DNA of 64,000 nucleotides from Rhizobiales bacterium 64-17 (GTDB lineage Bacteria > Pseudomonadota > Alphaproteobacteria > Rhizobiales > Xanthobacteraceae), in the NCBI GenBank assembly GCA_001899285.1, contig MKWA01000003.1, positions 173,493-237,492 on the forward strand, given 5' to 3'. Below the pieces are notes generated by a model. The model did no database searches, was not told where the DNA came from, and was given only the letters and a program-made list of their open reading frames with translations. How positions within the stretch are numbered: position 1 is the first letter of the stretch; each line of letters begins with the position of its first letter. Shown here piece by piece: positions 19,834 to 29,283 of the stretch. A program made the position numbers and the translations under genes.

Positions 19834-20364
19834 ATGGACATCGAAGCTTACGCGACGCAGATCATCGACTTCGTGCGGGATCATCAGGCGTGGGCCGCGC
19901 CGATCGTGTTTACGCTCGCCTTCGCGGAATCGCTCGCCTTCATCTCGCTGCTGGTTCCGGCCTGGGCGGCGCTGGTCGGTATCGGCGCGCTGATCATGTC
20001 GAGCGGCTTGAGCTTCTGGCCGGTGCTGGTCGCCGGCGCACTCGGTGCGGCGCTCGGCGACTGGCTGTCCTATTGGGTCGGCGGCAAGCTCGGCCCGTCG
20101 GTGGCTCACATCTGGCCGCTCTCCCGCCATCCGGAGCTGCTGCCGCGCGGCGAAGCCTTCGTGCGCAAATGGGGCGCGCTTGGCATCTTCATTGGCCGGT
20201 TCTCCGGGCCGCTGCGCGCGTCGGTGCCGCTGATCGCCGGCATTTTCGAGATGCCGTACTGGCGCTTCCAGATCGCCAATTTCACCTCGGCCTTCGTCTG
20301 GGCCGCCGTGCTGCTGACGCTGGGCGACGTCGGCGGCAAGCTGATCAAGTGGCTGTGGGGATAG
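19834..20364 (+). CDS. DedA/SNARE-associated family membrane protein
   Basis: 176 aa with the typical motif GRFSGPLRASVPLIAGI. Confidence 0.85.
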   Translation: MDIEAYATQIIDFVRDHQAWAAPIVFTLAFAESLAFISLLVPAWAALVGIGALIMSSGLSFWPVLVAGALGAALGDWLSYWVGGKLGPSVAHIWPLSRHPELLPRGEAFVRKWGALGIFIGRFSGPLRASVPLIAGIFEMPYWRFQIANFTSAFVWAAVLLTLGDVGGKLIKWLWG

Positions 20365-20522
20365 AGCGCCGCGACGACAGCTATTGCGGCGCTGCGCCGC
20401 ATCTTGTTTCGCGGTGCTGCCATGCGGCACGGTGGTTTGCCGGCGGCCGCGAATGTTGATTGTCTTTCGCGCGTATCAGCGGAACAGCGTTCGCAACAAG
20501 GACGCGACAGGGCGAGGACATC

Positions 20523-21509
20523 ATGAAACGGCTTTTGGCGGCAGTTGCGTTGACGACGCTGGTGATGGGGTTTGCGCCGATGCAAACCGCTACGGCACAG
20601 AATTGGCCTACGCGGCCCATCACCATGGTGGTGCCGTTCGGCGCCGGCGCCGGCACGGACGTGATCGGCCGCATCCTCGCGGATCGGCTCTCGCAGGTGC
20701 TCGGCGCGCAGGTCGTGGTCGAGAATGCCGGCGGCGCCGGCGGCATGAACGGCAGCGCCCGTGTCGCCAAGGCAGCGCCGGACGGCTACCAGTTCGTGCT
20801 CGGCACGGTCGGCACCCATTCGCAGAACCAGTCGATCTACAAGGCTCCGCTCTACGATGCGCGCACCGATTTCGCGCCCGTGGCGCTCGTCGTCGACGTG
20901 CCGCCGGTGCTGATCGCCCGCAAGGATCTGCCGGTCGACGGCCTCAAGGCGTTCATCGCCTATGCCAAGGAAAACCAGGGCAAGATGTCTTACGGTTCGT
21001 CGGGTACCGGTTCGGCGGCGCAACTGGCCTGTGCCTTGCTCAACGCGCAGAGCGGCATCGACATCACCCATGTGCCTTATCGCAGCGCGCCCGCGGCGAT
21101 GCAGGATCTCGTTGCCGGCCGTATCGACTATCAGTGCGGATTGCTGGCCAGCACCCTGCCGCAGATTCAGAACGGCGACGTGAAGGCCATCGCCGTGCTG
21201 ACCAAGGAGCGTTCGCCGGCGATGCCGAACCTCGCCAGCGCACACGAGCAGGGCCTCACCGGCTTCGAGGCGTCGGCCTGGCATGGCGTGTTCTTCCCCA
21301 AGGACACGCCGCCGGAGATCGTGCAGAAGCTGAACAAGGCGCTGTCGGAAACGCTGGACACGCCGTCGGTGCAGGAGCGTCTCGCCAAGGCCGGCGCCAT
21401 CGTCACCGCGCCGGAGCGTCGCTCGCCGGATTATCTGCGCCAGTTCGTCGCCAGCGAGACGGCGAAGTGGGCCGAGGCGATCAAGACCGCGAAAATCGAG
21501 AAGCAGTAG
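20523..21509 (+). CDS. Bug/TctC-family substrate-binding protein
   Basis: ATG 20523 with signal peptide MKRLLAAVALTTLVMGFAPMQTATAQ. Family motifs FGAGAGTDV and ENAGGAGG. Confidence 0.85.
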   Translation: MKRLLAAVALTTLVMGFAPMQTATAQNWPTRPITMVVPFGAGAGTDVIGRILADRLSQVLGAQVVVENAGGAGGMNGSARVAKAAPDGYQFVLGTVGTHSQNQSIYKAPLYDARTDFAPVALVVDVPPVLIARKDLPVDGLKAFIAYAKENQGKMSYGSSGTGSAAQLACALLNAQSGIDITHVPYRSAPAAMQDLVAGRIDYQCGLLASTLPQIQNGDVKAIAVLTKERSPAMPNLASAHEQGLTGFEASAWHGVFFPKDTPPEIVQKLNKALSETLDTPSVQERLAKAGAIVTAPERRSPDYLRQFVASETAKWAEAIKTAKIEKQ

Positions 21510-21525
21510 GGCGGGAGTTGCGAAA

Positions 21526-21550
21526 ACGGGCTCCGCGACGCGGAGCCCGT
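21526..21550. terminator. hairpin between convergent genes (likely bidirectional terminator)
   Basis: ACGGGCTCCGCG-A-CGCGGAGCCCGT, a near-perfect 12-bp palindrome preceded by AAAA. Confidence 0.55.
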
Positions 21551-21571
21551 GCGCGTTGTCATATCGCCGGA

Positions 21572-22111
21572 TTACTTGATCAGGTCGGCGCCGGCTTTGC
21601 AGATGATCTCGTCCTGATCGCCGGTGCCGCCGCTGCAGCCGATTGCGCCGATCAGCTTGCCGCCTTCGACCAGCGGAATGCCGCCCGGCGAGGCGATCAG
21701 CGTCGGGTCGAGGGTCGGCAGATAGGCGCCGGCGGTGGCCTGCATGCCGTTGAAGAAGGCGCGGGTCGGGCGGCGGAAGCGCGCGGCGGTCTTCGCCTTG
21801 CCCTGCGAGATGTTGACGGAGGCGATCTGCGCGCCTTCGGTGCGCAGGAACGCCACCAGTTCGCCGTTGGTGTCGACCACGGCGATGTTCATCTTCCAGT
21901 TGCGCTTCTTGCCTTCGGCTTCGGCGGCGGCGAGCACCTGCTTCGCCTTCTCGGCGCCGATCGATTGCCCATAGGGAATGTCGAACGGCATCTTCTCGGG
22001 CACGCTGGCGGCCGGCGGCTGCGCCGGGGCAGGTGCTTGAGTTTGTGCGAGAGCAGGGCCGGTCACCACGCACGCCGCGAACGCAGCCGCGCTCCACATG
22101 AAACGACGCAT
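21572..22111 (-). CDS. GlcG/HbpS-like (DUF336) heme-binding family protein, secreted
   Basis: Signal peptide MRRFMWSAAAFAACVVTGPALAQ. C-terminal region GGIPLVEGGKLIGAIGCSGGTGDQDEIICKAG. Confidence 0.8.
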   Translation of the reverse strand: MRRFMWSAAAFAACVVTGPALAQTQAPAPAQPPAASVPEKMPFDIPYGQSIGAEKAKQVLAAAEAEGKKRNWKMNIAVVDTNGELVAFLRTEGAQIASVNISQGKAKTAARFRRPTRAFFNGMQATAGAYLPTLDPTLIASPGGIPLVEGGKLIGAIGCSGGTGDQDEIICKAGADLIK

Positions 22112-22295
22112 AAGCTCCTCCCAGGAGTCTGTGAGTGTTTTTGAAAGCGCGCGCCATCACGCGGATGCGACGCCGTGCGCCGGACCGGCACTATAGAGGA
22201 GCCTTTCGGCGGCTCAATCGCCGGGCGGAGAAATAAGCGCCCGGAATAGACCGCGTGCGCCGGTGTTTTTGCGCGCCGCCGGTGGGCAGGATTGC

Positions 22296-22324
22296 TTGAC
22301 CCCCGGTCCGGCCGGGCCTATATC
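22296..22324 (+). promoter_or_regulatory. near-consensus sigma70-type promoter upstream of argC (TTGACC-17 nt-TATATC)
   Basis: TTGACC at 22296-22301 and TATATC at 22319-22324, with exactly 17 nt between them. Confidence 0.5.
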
Positions 22325-22331
22325 GCCGCGC

Positions 22332-22403
22332 ATGATGACGCCCACCGCAATCAACTCCCGCCGCCGCCGCGCTTGCGCGGCCGGGATGCGCGTGCGCGCG
22401 TAA
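22332..22403 (+). other. candidate Arg-rich leader mini-ORF ([23 protein letters not shown])
   Basis: The ATG lies about 8 nt after the -10 box. The ORF has 23 codons, 6 of them CGC, including four consecutive. It ends 109 nt before the argC ATG. It could be a chance product of a (CCG)n run. Confidence 0.25.
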
Positions 22404-22511
22404 TCCTCCCGGCCGCCGGCTTGGTCCGCGGCTCTCTCCCAGATCCCCGCGGTTTCCATCTGGCGTCCTCGTATGCGACGTTCGACAGGTTTCTGACAGA
22501 GGATCAACCCT

Positions 22512-23570
22512 ATGGCGACCAAGGCGAAAATCGGCGTTCTCGGCGCATCCGGCTACACCGGCTCGGAACTGGTGCGGCTGTTGCTGCGCCATCCCCGTGT
22601 GGAGATCGCGCTGCTGACGGCCGACCGCCGCGCCGGGCAGGAGATGCGCAATGTATTTCCGCAATTCGCGCCGTTCGCCCTGCCGACGCTGGTCTCGATT
22701 GAGAGCGTCGACTGGAAGACCGCTGGGCTCGACCTGATCTTCTGCGCGCTGCCGCATGCGACGACCCAGAAGGTGATCGCGGCGATCTTCGCCGCCAAGC
22801 CCGACGCCAAGATCGTCGATCTGTCGGCCGACTTCCGGCTGTCCGATCCGGCGGCTTACGCGAAGTGGTACGGCCATGAGCACGCCGCGACCGAACTGCA
22901 GAAGCAGGCGGTCTACGGACTGGTCGAGGTCTATCGGCGCGACATCAAGCGGGCGCAACTCGTCGCCAATCCCGGCTGCTACACGACCTGCGCGCAGCTT
23001 CCGCTGGTGCCGCTGATCAAGGCGAAGGCGATCGACCTCGACGAAATCGTCGTCGATGCGAAGTCGGGCATGACCGGCGCCGGCCGTTCCGCCAAGGAAG
23101 CGATGCTGTTCTCCGAAGTGTCGGAGGGGTTCAACGCCTACGGCGTTGGTAGCCACCGGCACATGGCCGAACTCGATCAGGAATTCTCGAAAGCGGCGGG
23201 GCGGGATGTGGTGGTGACCTTCACCCCGCATCTGGTGCCGATGAACCGCGGCATCCTCTCGACCATCTATGTGCGTGGCAAGCGCGGCCGCACCGCGCAG
23301 GATCTGCATGAGATCCTGGCCAAGCAATACGCCAAGGAAGAGTTCGTGCACGTCCTGCCGTTCGGCGAGACGCCGCACACGCGGCACATCCGCGGCTCGA
23401 ACATGACCTTCATCGGCGTCGCCAAGGATCGCCACGAGGGGCGGGCGATCCTCGTCAGTGCACTCGACAATCTGGTGAAGGGCGCGTCCGGTCAGGCCGT
23501 GCAGAACATGAACCTGATGCTCGGCTTCCCCGAGGCGGCCGGGCTCGAACAGGTCGCGCTGTTTCCGTAA
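22512..23570 (+). CDS. argC: N-acetyl-gamma-glutamyl-phosphate reductase
   Basis: GASGYTGSELVRLL NAD-binding motif and catalytic Cys motif NPGCYTT. 352 aa. Confidence 0.95.
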   Translation: MATKAKIGVLGASGYTGSELVRLLLRHPRVEIALLTADRRAGQEMRNVFPQFAPFALPTLVSIESVDWKTAGLDLIFCALPHATTQKVIAAIFAAKPDAKIVDLSADFRLSDPAAYAKWYGHEHAATELQKQAVYGLVEVYRRDIKRAQLVANPGCYTTCAQLPLVPLIKAKAIDLDEIVVDAKSGMTGAGRSAKEAMLFSEVSEGFNAYGVGSHRHMAELDQEFSKAAGRDVVVTFTPHLVPMNRGILSTIYVRGKRGRTAQDLHEILAKQYAKEEFVHVLPFGETPHTRHIRGSNMTFIGVAKDRHEGRAILVSALDNLVKGASGQAVQNMNLMLGFPEAAGLEQVALFP

Positions 23571-23596
23571 TAAACGGCTTGTTCCGCAAATAGTTT

Positions 23597-23625
23597 AGCC
23601 GGTCAGGCTCGCCGCCTGGCCGGCT
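23597..23625. terminator. imperfect hairpin between argC and the convergent MAPEG gene
   Basis: AGCCGGTCAGGC/GCCTGGCCGGCT form a 12-bp stem with one G-U pair, followed by TCACTTTT. Confidence 0.4.
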
Positions 23626-23631
23626 TCACTT

Positions 23632-24030
23632 TTACGCCCAGCCGAAGATCGCCAGCACCAGCGCTACCTGAGCGGCGAAGCCGATGGCGAAGGCAATCGT
23701 GCGCAGCACCGGAATGCCGGCGGTGTAGACCACGACGTGCAGCAGCCGCGCCCAGAAATAGACGGCACAGGCCGCAGCGGTGGTGTGATTGGCGACGCCG
23801 AGCGTGTCGAGGATTAGCACCAGCGGCGCGAAGATCATCAGGTTCTCGACCGCATTGGTGTGCGCGAAATAGAGCCGCATCGCCCAGCCGTGCTGCGGCT
23901 TGTCGTTCGCGGTCGGATTGGCCATGGCCCCGGCCGGGCCGCGCACGCGGATGCGGTCGATGACATAGGGCACCCACATCAGCCCGGTCAGCACTACTGT
24001 GAGGGTCAGCCAGAACAGTTCTTTGGTCAT
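23632..24030 (-). CDS. MAPEG family membrane protein
   Basis: 132 aa with 3-4 hydrophobic helices. The motif context RLYFAHTNAVENL is typical of bacterial MAPEG proteins. Confidence 0.7.
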   Translation of the reverse strand: MTKELFWLTLTVVLTGLMWVPYVIDRIRVRGPAGAMANPTANDKPQHGWAMRLYFAHTNAVENLMIFAPLVLILDTLGVANHTTAAACAVYFWARLLHVVVYTAGIPVLRTIAFAIGFAAQVALVLAIFGWA

Positions 24031-24072
24031 GGACGTCTCCGCGAGGAAGGAACAAGGGGATGAGTGGCAGGA

Positions 24073-25878
24073 TCAGGACGTGACGCGCACATAGGAGCCG
24101 GGCGCATCCTCGATCGGTTTGAAGGCGTCGCCGCCGGGCTTGCGCGGCGGCACCGTCTCGGCGCTGAGCGACTTGATCCAGTCGATCCAGTCGGGCCACC
24201 AGGACCCGGGATGCTCCTTGGCCTTCGCCATCCAGCTGTCGATGTCGGCGTTCTTCGGCGTGTCGCCGGTCCAGTACTGGTATTTCTGCTTGGCCGGCGG
24301 ATTGACCACGCCGGCGATATGCCCCGAGCCCGACACGACGAACTTCACCGGTCCGCCGAAGAACGTGCAGCCGAGCGCCACCGACTTCGCCGGCGCGATG
24401 TGGTCCTCGCGCGTCGCCAGATTGTAGATCGGCGCTTTCACTTTCTTGAGGTCGAGCGCGACGTTGTCGATCGTCATCTTGCCGGCGCTCAACAGATTGT
24501 TGAGGTAGCAGTTGCGCAAGTAGAACGAATGGTTCGCCGCCGGCATCCGCGTCGCGTCGGAATTCCAGTACAGCAGGTCGAACGGGAACGGCGTCTTGCC
24601 CTTGAGGTAGTTATTGATCACGTAGGGCCAGATCAGGTCGTTCGAGCGCAGCATGTTGAAGGCGTTGGCCATCTTGGTGCCGGCGAGATAGCCGCGCTCG
24701 TTCATCTGCTGTTCGAGCGCGCTGATCTGTTCCTCGTCGACGAACACCTGCAGGTCGCCGGCATGGCGGAAGTCCACCTGCGCCGCGAAGAACGTCGCGG
24801 AGGCCACACGGTTCTGCCGGGTCGCGGCGAGATAGGCGAGGGTGACGGCGAGCAGCGTGCCGCCGACGCAATAGCCGATCATGTGCGCGGTCTGCTCGCC
24901 GGTGATGGCGGCGACCGTATCGAGCGCGGCCATCGGCCCCTCGCGCATATATTCGGCAAAGCCCTTCTGCGCGAGATGCTCGTCCGGATTGACCCAGGAG
25001 ATCACGAACACCGTGAGCCCCTGATCGACGCACCACTTGATGTAGGATTTTTCCGGATTGAGATCGAGGATGTAGAACTTGTTGATCCACGGCGGCACGA
25101 TCAGCAGCGGCGTCTTCAGCACCGTCTCGGTGGTCGGCGTGTACTGGATCAGCTGCATCAGGTCGTTCTGGAACACGACCTTGCCCGGCGTCAGCGCGAG
25201 GTTCTTGCCGACCGCGAATTTCGACGGGTCGGACTGGGTGATCTTGAGTTCGCCATGCCCGGCCTTGATGTCGGCGGCGAGATTGTGCATGCCGCGCGCC
25301 AGGTTCTCGCCGTTCGATGTCAGCGTCTCGCGCATCAATTCCGGATTGGTGAGCACGAAGTTCGACGGCGACATCGCATTGGCGATCTGGCGGACATAGA
25401 ACTCCGCCTTCTGCCGCGTATGCGGATCGAGCGTCTCGGCCTCATCGACCAGTTTGGTGGCCCAGTCGACCGACAGCAGATAGGTCTGCTTGAGGAAGTC
25501 ATAAAACTGGTTCGACGACCATTCCGGATCGGCGAAGCGCTTGTCGCGCGGATCGGCCTTGACCACCGGCTCGGCCGGCTCGCCGGTCATCCGCTTCATG
25601 GTCGAGGCCCAGAGGTCGAGATAGGCGCGGCCCAGCGAGGTCTGCAATTCGACCGCGCGGTTCGGGTCTGACAGCCAGTAGTCCGCCACCTGGCCAAGGG
25701 TTTTGACGACGCCGGTGAGTTCGTCGGCCAGCGCAGGCTTGATTTCGCCGTCCTCGCGCGGCTTGAGGTAGGCCGCGAGCGCCTTGCCGCCTTCCTCGAC
25801 CATGCGCGCGACGTTGCGCGAGAAGGTCTCGATATCGACGTCGCCGACCTTGAGCGGTTCGGACGGAACCTGATTCAT
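24073..25878 (-). CDS. phaC: class I poly(R)-hydroxyalkanoate synthase
   Basis: ATG 25878 (MNQVPSEPL...); the track start at 25932 is TTG. Lipase-box-like GYCVGGT. The length of about 600 aa is typical. Confidence 0.9.
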   Translation of the reverse strand: MNQVPSEPLKVGDVDIETFSRNVARMVEEGGKALAAYLKPREDGEIKPALADELTGVVKTLGQVADYWLSDPNRAVELQTSLGRAYLDLWASTMKRMTGEPAEPVVKADPRDKRFADPEWSSNQFYDFLKQTYLLSVDWATKLVDEAETLDPHTRQKAEFYVRQIANAMSPSNFVLTNPELMRETLTSNGENLARGMHNLAADIKAGHGELKITQSDPSKFAVGKNLALTPGKVVFQNDLMQLIQYTPTTETVLKTPLLIVPPWINKFYILDLNPEKSYIKWCVDQGLTVFVISWVNPDEHLAQKGFAEYMREGPMAALDTVAAITGEQTAHMIGYCVGGTLLAVTLAYLAATRQNRVASATFFAAQVDFRHAGDLQVFVDEEQISALEQQMNERGYLAGTKMANAFNMLRSNDLIWPYVINNYLKGKTPFPFDLLYWNSDATRMPAANHSFYLRNCYLNNLLSAGKMTIDNVALDLKKVKAPIYNLATREDHIAPAKSVALGCTFFGGPVKFVVSGSGHIAGVVNPPAKQKYQYWTGDTPKNADIDSWMAKAKEHPGSWWPDWIDWIKSLSAETVPPRKPGGDAFKPIEDAPGSYVRVTS

Positions 25879-26087
25879 TCGCCTGACTGCCGTGTCTCCG
25901 TCGAGATTGGCGCTGCCCGGCGGTGAGCGCAAGGACGACGCCAGAACATCGGCGCCAAGGTTAACCTGTTTCGTTTGATCATGCTTCCGACAAATTCAGC
26001 TTATTAGTCGCAGTCGCAACCCCATGGTAGACTTTGGCCCGAGTCTGTAACCCCTTGATGATGATCGACAACCGTCCCGGACCTGCG

Positions 26088-26534
26088 ATGACATTGCGCT
26101 GCAACAATCGGCGTTGCCAAAGCTGGCTGTGCTCCGGCCTGAGCGCGCTTGCGGTGCTGTCGGCGGCGGCTCTGCTCTCCAGTTGTTCGGCCGCCGGGGT
26201 GGGCGAGAGCATTCCGCAGAACATGGGCGGCCTGCCGGCCAATGCGCCGTCACGTCCGGCGACGCCGGGGGTCTATCCGGCGGTCAATGACATTCCGGCG
26301 CCCCGGCAGGACCGGCCGCTCAGTGTCGACGAGCAGACCCGGCTGGAACAGGATCTCAAGGCCCTCAAGGCCCGCCAGGAAGGGCGCGCCAAAGCTGCCG
26401 ACGCAGCCGAGGACGACGCGGCGCAGCCGGCGGCTGCCGGCAAGGGCGACAACAAGGGCGCGGCGCGAGCCGCGGGTGGCGCCGCACAGAAAAAGACGCC
26501 GCAAACGCCGGCTGGCACCGGCAAAAACCCGTGA
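26088..26534 (+). CDS. hypothetical lipoprotein (Ala/Lys-rich)
   Basis: Lipobox-like LLSSC after a hydrophobic stretch. The C-terminus is low complexity. The start is uncertain. Confidence 0.5.
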   Translation: MTLRCNNRRCQSWLCSGLSALAVLSAAALLSSCSAAGVGESIPQNMGGLPANAPSRPATPGVYPAVNDIPAPRQDRPLSVDEQTRLEQDLKALKARQEGRAKAADAAEDDAAQPAAAGKGDNKGAARAAGGAAQKKTPQTPAGTGKNP

Positions 26535-26612
26535 TACAAGCTGCGCCAACGCGATCGCGCGGTCCCGCAACGCCTGTGAGCCTGGCCGGGGAGCCGCGAA
26601 GGAACTGATCCC

Positions 26613-27830
26613 ATGGAAGAATTTTACCGCATCCGCCGCCTGCCGCCTTATGTGTTCGAAACGGTCAACCGCGCCAAGGCCAAGGCGCGCAACGCCGGTG
26701 CCGACATCATCGATCTCGGCATGGGCAATCCGGACCTGCCGACCCCGCCGCACGTCATCGAGAAGATGAAGGAAGTGCTCGGCAAGCCGCGCACCGACCG
26801 CTACTCGTCGTCGAAGGGCATTCCCGGTCTGCGCCGTGCTCAGGCCAACTATTACGAGCGCCGCTTCGGCGTGAAGCTCAACCCGGAAACGCAGGTCGTC
26901 GCCACGCTTGGCTCGAAGGAGGGCTTCGCCAACGTGGCGCAGGCGATCACCGCGCCCGGCGATGTCGTGCTGGTGCCGAACCCGAGTTATCCGATCCACG
27001 CCTTCGGCTTCCTGATGGCGGGCGGCGTGATCCGCTCCGTGCCATCCGAGCCGGTGCCGAGCTTCTTCACCTCGCTCGAGCGCGCGATCATGTATTCGAT
27101 CCCGAAGCCGATCGCGGTGGTGGTGTGCTATCCGGCGAACCCGACCGCCTATGTGGCCGATCTCGATTTCTACAAAGACCTCGTCGCCTTCGCGAAGAAG
27201 CACGAAATCCTGATCCTCTCCGACCTCGCTTATTCCGAGGTCTATCTCGACGACAATCCGCCGCCGTCGGTTCTGCAAGTGCCGGGCGCGATGGATGTGA
27301 CGGTGGAGTTCACCTCGCTGTCGAAGACTTATTCGATGCCCGGCTGGCGCATGGGCTTCGCCGTCGGTAACGAGCGGGTGATCGCGGCGCTGACGCGCGT
27401 GAAGTCGTATCTCGACTACGGCGCGTTCACGCCGATTCAGGTGGCCGCGTCGGCCGCGCTCAACGGGCCGGACGACTGCATCAAGGAGATGCGCGAGATC
27501 TATCGCCGCCGCCGCGATGTGATGGTGGAGAGTTTCAGCCGTGCCGGCTGGAACGTGCCGCCGCCGGCGGCGTCGATGTTCGCCTGGTCGCCGATCCCGG
27601 AACCGTTCCGCAGCCTCGGCAGCGTCGAGTTCTCGACTCTGCTGGTCGAGCATGCGGAAGTCGCGGTGTCGCCGGGCATCGGCTTCGGCGAGCACGGTGA
27701 GGGCTTCGTGCGCATCGCGCTGGTCGAGAACGAGCAGCGCATCCGGCAGGCCGCCCGCAATATCCGGCGCTTCCTTGAATCCGGCGCAGAAAAGCTGCAC
27801 AACGTGGTTCCGCTGGCGACGCGCCGTTAG
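26613..27830 (+). CDS. pyridoxal-phosphate-dependent aminotransferase, class I/II (AlaC/LL-DAP-aminotransferase-like)
   Basis: 405 aa. PLP-lysine context SLSKTYSMPGWRMGF, and N-terminal YVFETVNRAKAKARNAGADIIDLGMGNPD. Confidence 0.85.
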   Translation: MEEFYRIRRLPPYVFETVNRAKAKARNAGADIIDLGMGNPDLPTPPHVIEKMKEVLGKPRTDRYSSSKGIPGLRRAQANYYERRFGVKLNPETQVVATLGSKEGFANVAQAITAPGDVVLVPNPSYPIHAFGFLMAGGVIRSVPSEPVPSFFTSLERAIMYSIPKPIAVVVCYPANPTAYVADLDFYKDLVAFAKKHEILILSDLAYSEVYLDDNPPPSVLQVPGAMDVTVEFTSLSKTYSMPGWRMGFAVGNERVIAALTRVKSYLDYGAFTPIQVAASAALNGPDDCIKEMREIYRRRRDVMVESFSRAGWNVPPPAASMFAWSPIPEPFRSLGSVEFSTLLVEHAEVAVSPGIGFGEHGEGFVRIALVENEQRIRQAARNIRRFLESGAEKLHNVVPLATRR

Positions 27831-27899
27831 ACACGTCGTTCTCCAATCGCGGCGCGCCGTGAGGCGCGTCGCTTTTCCAGATATTCCGGATCGTTTTCT

Positions 27900-29213
27900 A
27901 TGGTTGCACCTCTGAAGGTCGGTGTCGCCGGGCTCGGCACGGTCGGCTCGGCTGTCGTTGCAACATTGCGCGAACAGAAGGCGATGCTGGCCGCGCGCTG
28001 TGGCCGGCCGATCGAAGTCGTCGCGGTCTGCGCGCGATCGAAGACCAAGAAGCGCGGCGTCGATCTGCGCGGCACGCGCTGGTTCTCCGATCCGCTCAAG
28101 CTCGCGATCGATCCGTCGATTGATCTGTTCGTTGAATTGATGGGCGGCTCGGGCGAGCCGGCGAAGAGCGCGGTGGAAGCCGCGCTCGCCTCGGGCAAGG
28201 CGGTGGTCACTGCCAACAAGGCGCTGCTGGCGAAGCACGGTGTCGCGCTCGCGCGCACGGCGGAGAAACAGAAGGTCGCGCTGAATTTCGAGGCCGCGGT
28301 CTGCGCCGCCGTTCCGGCGATCAAGACCTTGCGCGAAGGGCTCGCCGGCAACCGCATCAACCGCGTCTACGGCATCCTCAACGGCACCTGCAACTACATG
28401 CTGACGCGCATGGAGCGCGAGAAGCTGTCGTTCGAGGAATGCCTGAAGGAAGCGCAGCGGCTCGGTTACGCCGAGGCCGACCCGAGCTTCGACATCGAAG
28501 GTCACGACACCGCGCAGAAGCTGTCGATCCTGGCGAGCCTCGCGTTCGGCACGCAGGTCAATCAGAGCGCGGTCTCGGTCGAGGGCATCACCTCGATCAC
28601 GCCGCAGGATCTCGCCGCGGCAGACGAACTCGGCTACCGCATCAAGCTGCTGGGCGTCGCCGCGCGCACGGCGAAGGGCATCGAGCAGCGGGTGCACCCG
28701 ACCATGGTGCGCAAGGATTCGCCCATCGCCGCGGTGATGGGCGTCACCAATGCGCTGACCATCGACGCCGACGGCATTGATCCGATCACGCTGGTCGGCC
28801 CCGGCGCGGGCGGCCTCGCCACCGCTTCGGCGGTGGTCGCCGATATCGCCGATATGGCGCGCGGTGTGCGGACACCACCGTTCGGCCGGCCGGTGGCGCA
28901 GCTTGCGGTCAGCCACAAGGCGCCGATGGAGCGCCACGAGGGCGGCTATTACATCCGGCTGCTGGCCCGCGATCTGCCCGGAACGGCTGCCGCCATCGCC
29001 ACACGGCTGGCGCAGCAGAAGATTTCGCTGGAATCCATTGTGCAGCGCCACCTCAACGGTGAGCCGCCGGCGGGCTCCGGCAAGGGCGCGGTCCCTGTCA
29101 TCCTCATGACATATGCAACCACCGAGGATGCGGTCCGCAAGGCGCTGGCGGCTGTGGGCCGCGACCGGGTGATCTCTGGCAAGCCGCAGGTCATCCGCAT
29201 AGAAAAGAACTGA
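27900..29213 (+). CDS. hom: homoserine dehydrogenase
   Basis: NAD-binding motif KVGVAGLGTVGS, catalytic-region motifs and a C-terminal ACT-like domain. 437 aa. Confidence 0.95.
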   Translation: MVAPLKVGVAGLGTVGSAVVATLREQKAMLAARCGRPIEVVAVCARSKTKKRGVDLRGTRWFSDPLKLAIDPSIDLFVELMGGSGEPAKSAVEAALASGKAVVTANKALLAKHGVALARTAEKQKVALNFEAAVCAAVPAIKTLREGLAGNRINRVYGILNGTCNYMLTRMEREKLSFEECLKEAQRLGYAEADPSFDIEGHDTAQKLSILASLAFGTQVNQSAVSVEGITSITPQDLAAADELGYRIKLLGVAARTAKGIEQRVHPTMVRKDSPIAAVMGVTNALTIDADGIDPITLVGPGAGGLATASAVVADIADMARGVRTPPFGRPVAQLAVSHKAPMERHEGGYYIRLLARDLPGTAAAIATRLAQQKISLESIVQRHLNGEPPAGSGKGAVPVILMTYATTEDAVRKALAAVGRDRVISGKPQVIRIEKN

Positions 29214-29283
29214 GACGTCCGAAGCGAGAGGGGTGCCGTCCGGGAGCCGGGCCGGCCGGTTACAAGGCGTAGGGAGAATATTG

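Noticed and set aside
20106-22160. 684-aa minus-strand ORF and the overlapping 586-aa plus-strand ORF (20384-22144).
   Set aside because: Both are alternative-frame run-ons over the DedA, Bug and GlcG-like genes. Their translations are dominated by Arg/Gly/Ala/Pro, and neither has a plausible start context.
22292-22702. 136-aa plus-strand ORF spanning the argC start.
   Set aside because: It is out of frame with argC and Pro/Arg/Gly-rich. It is only open because of the GC-rich leader.
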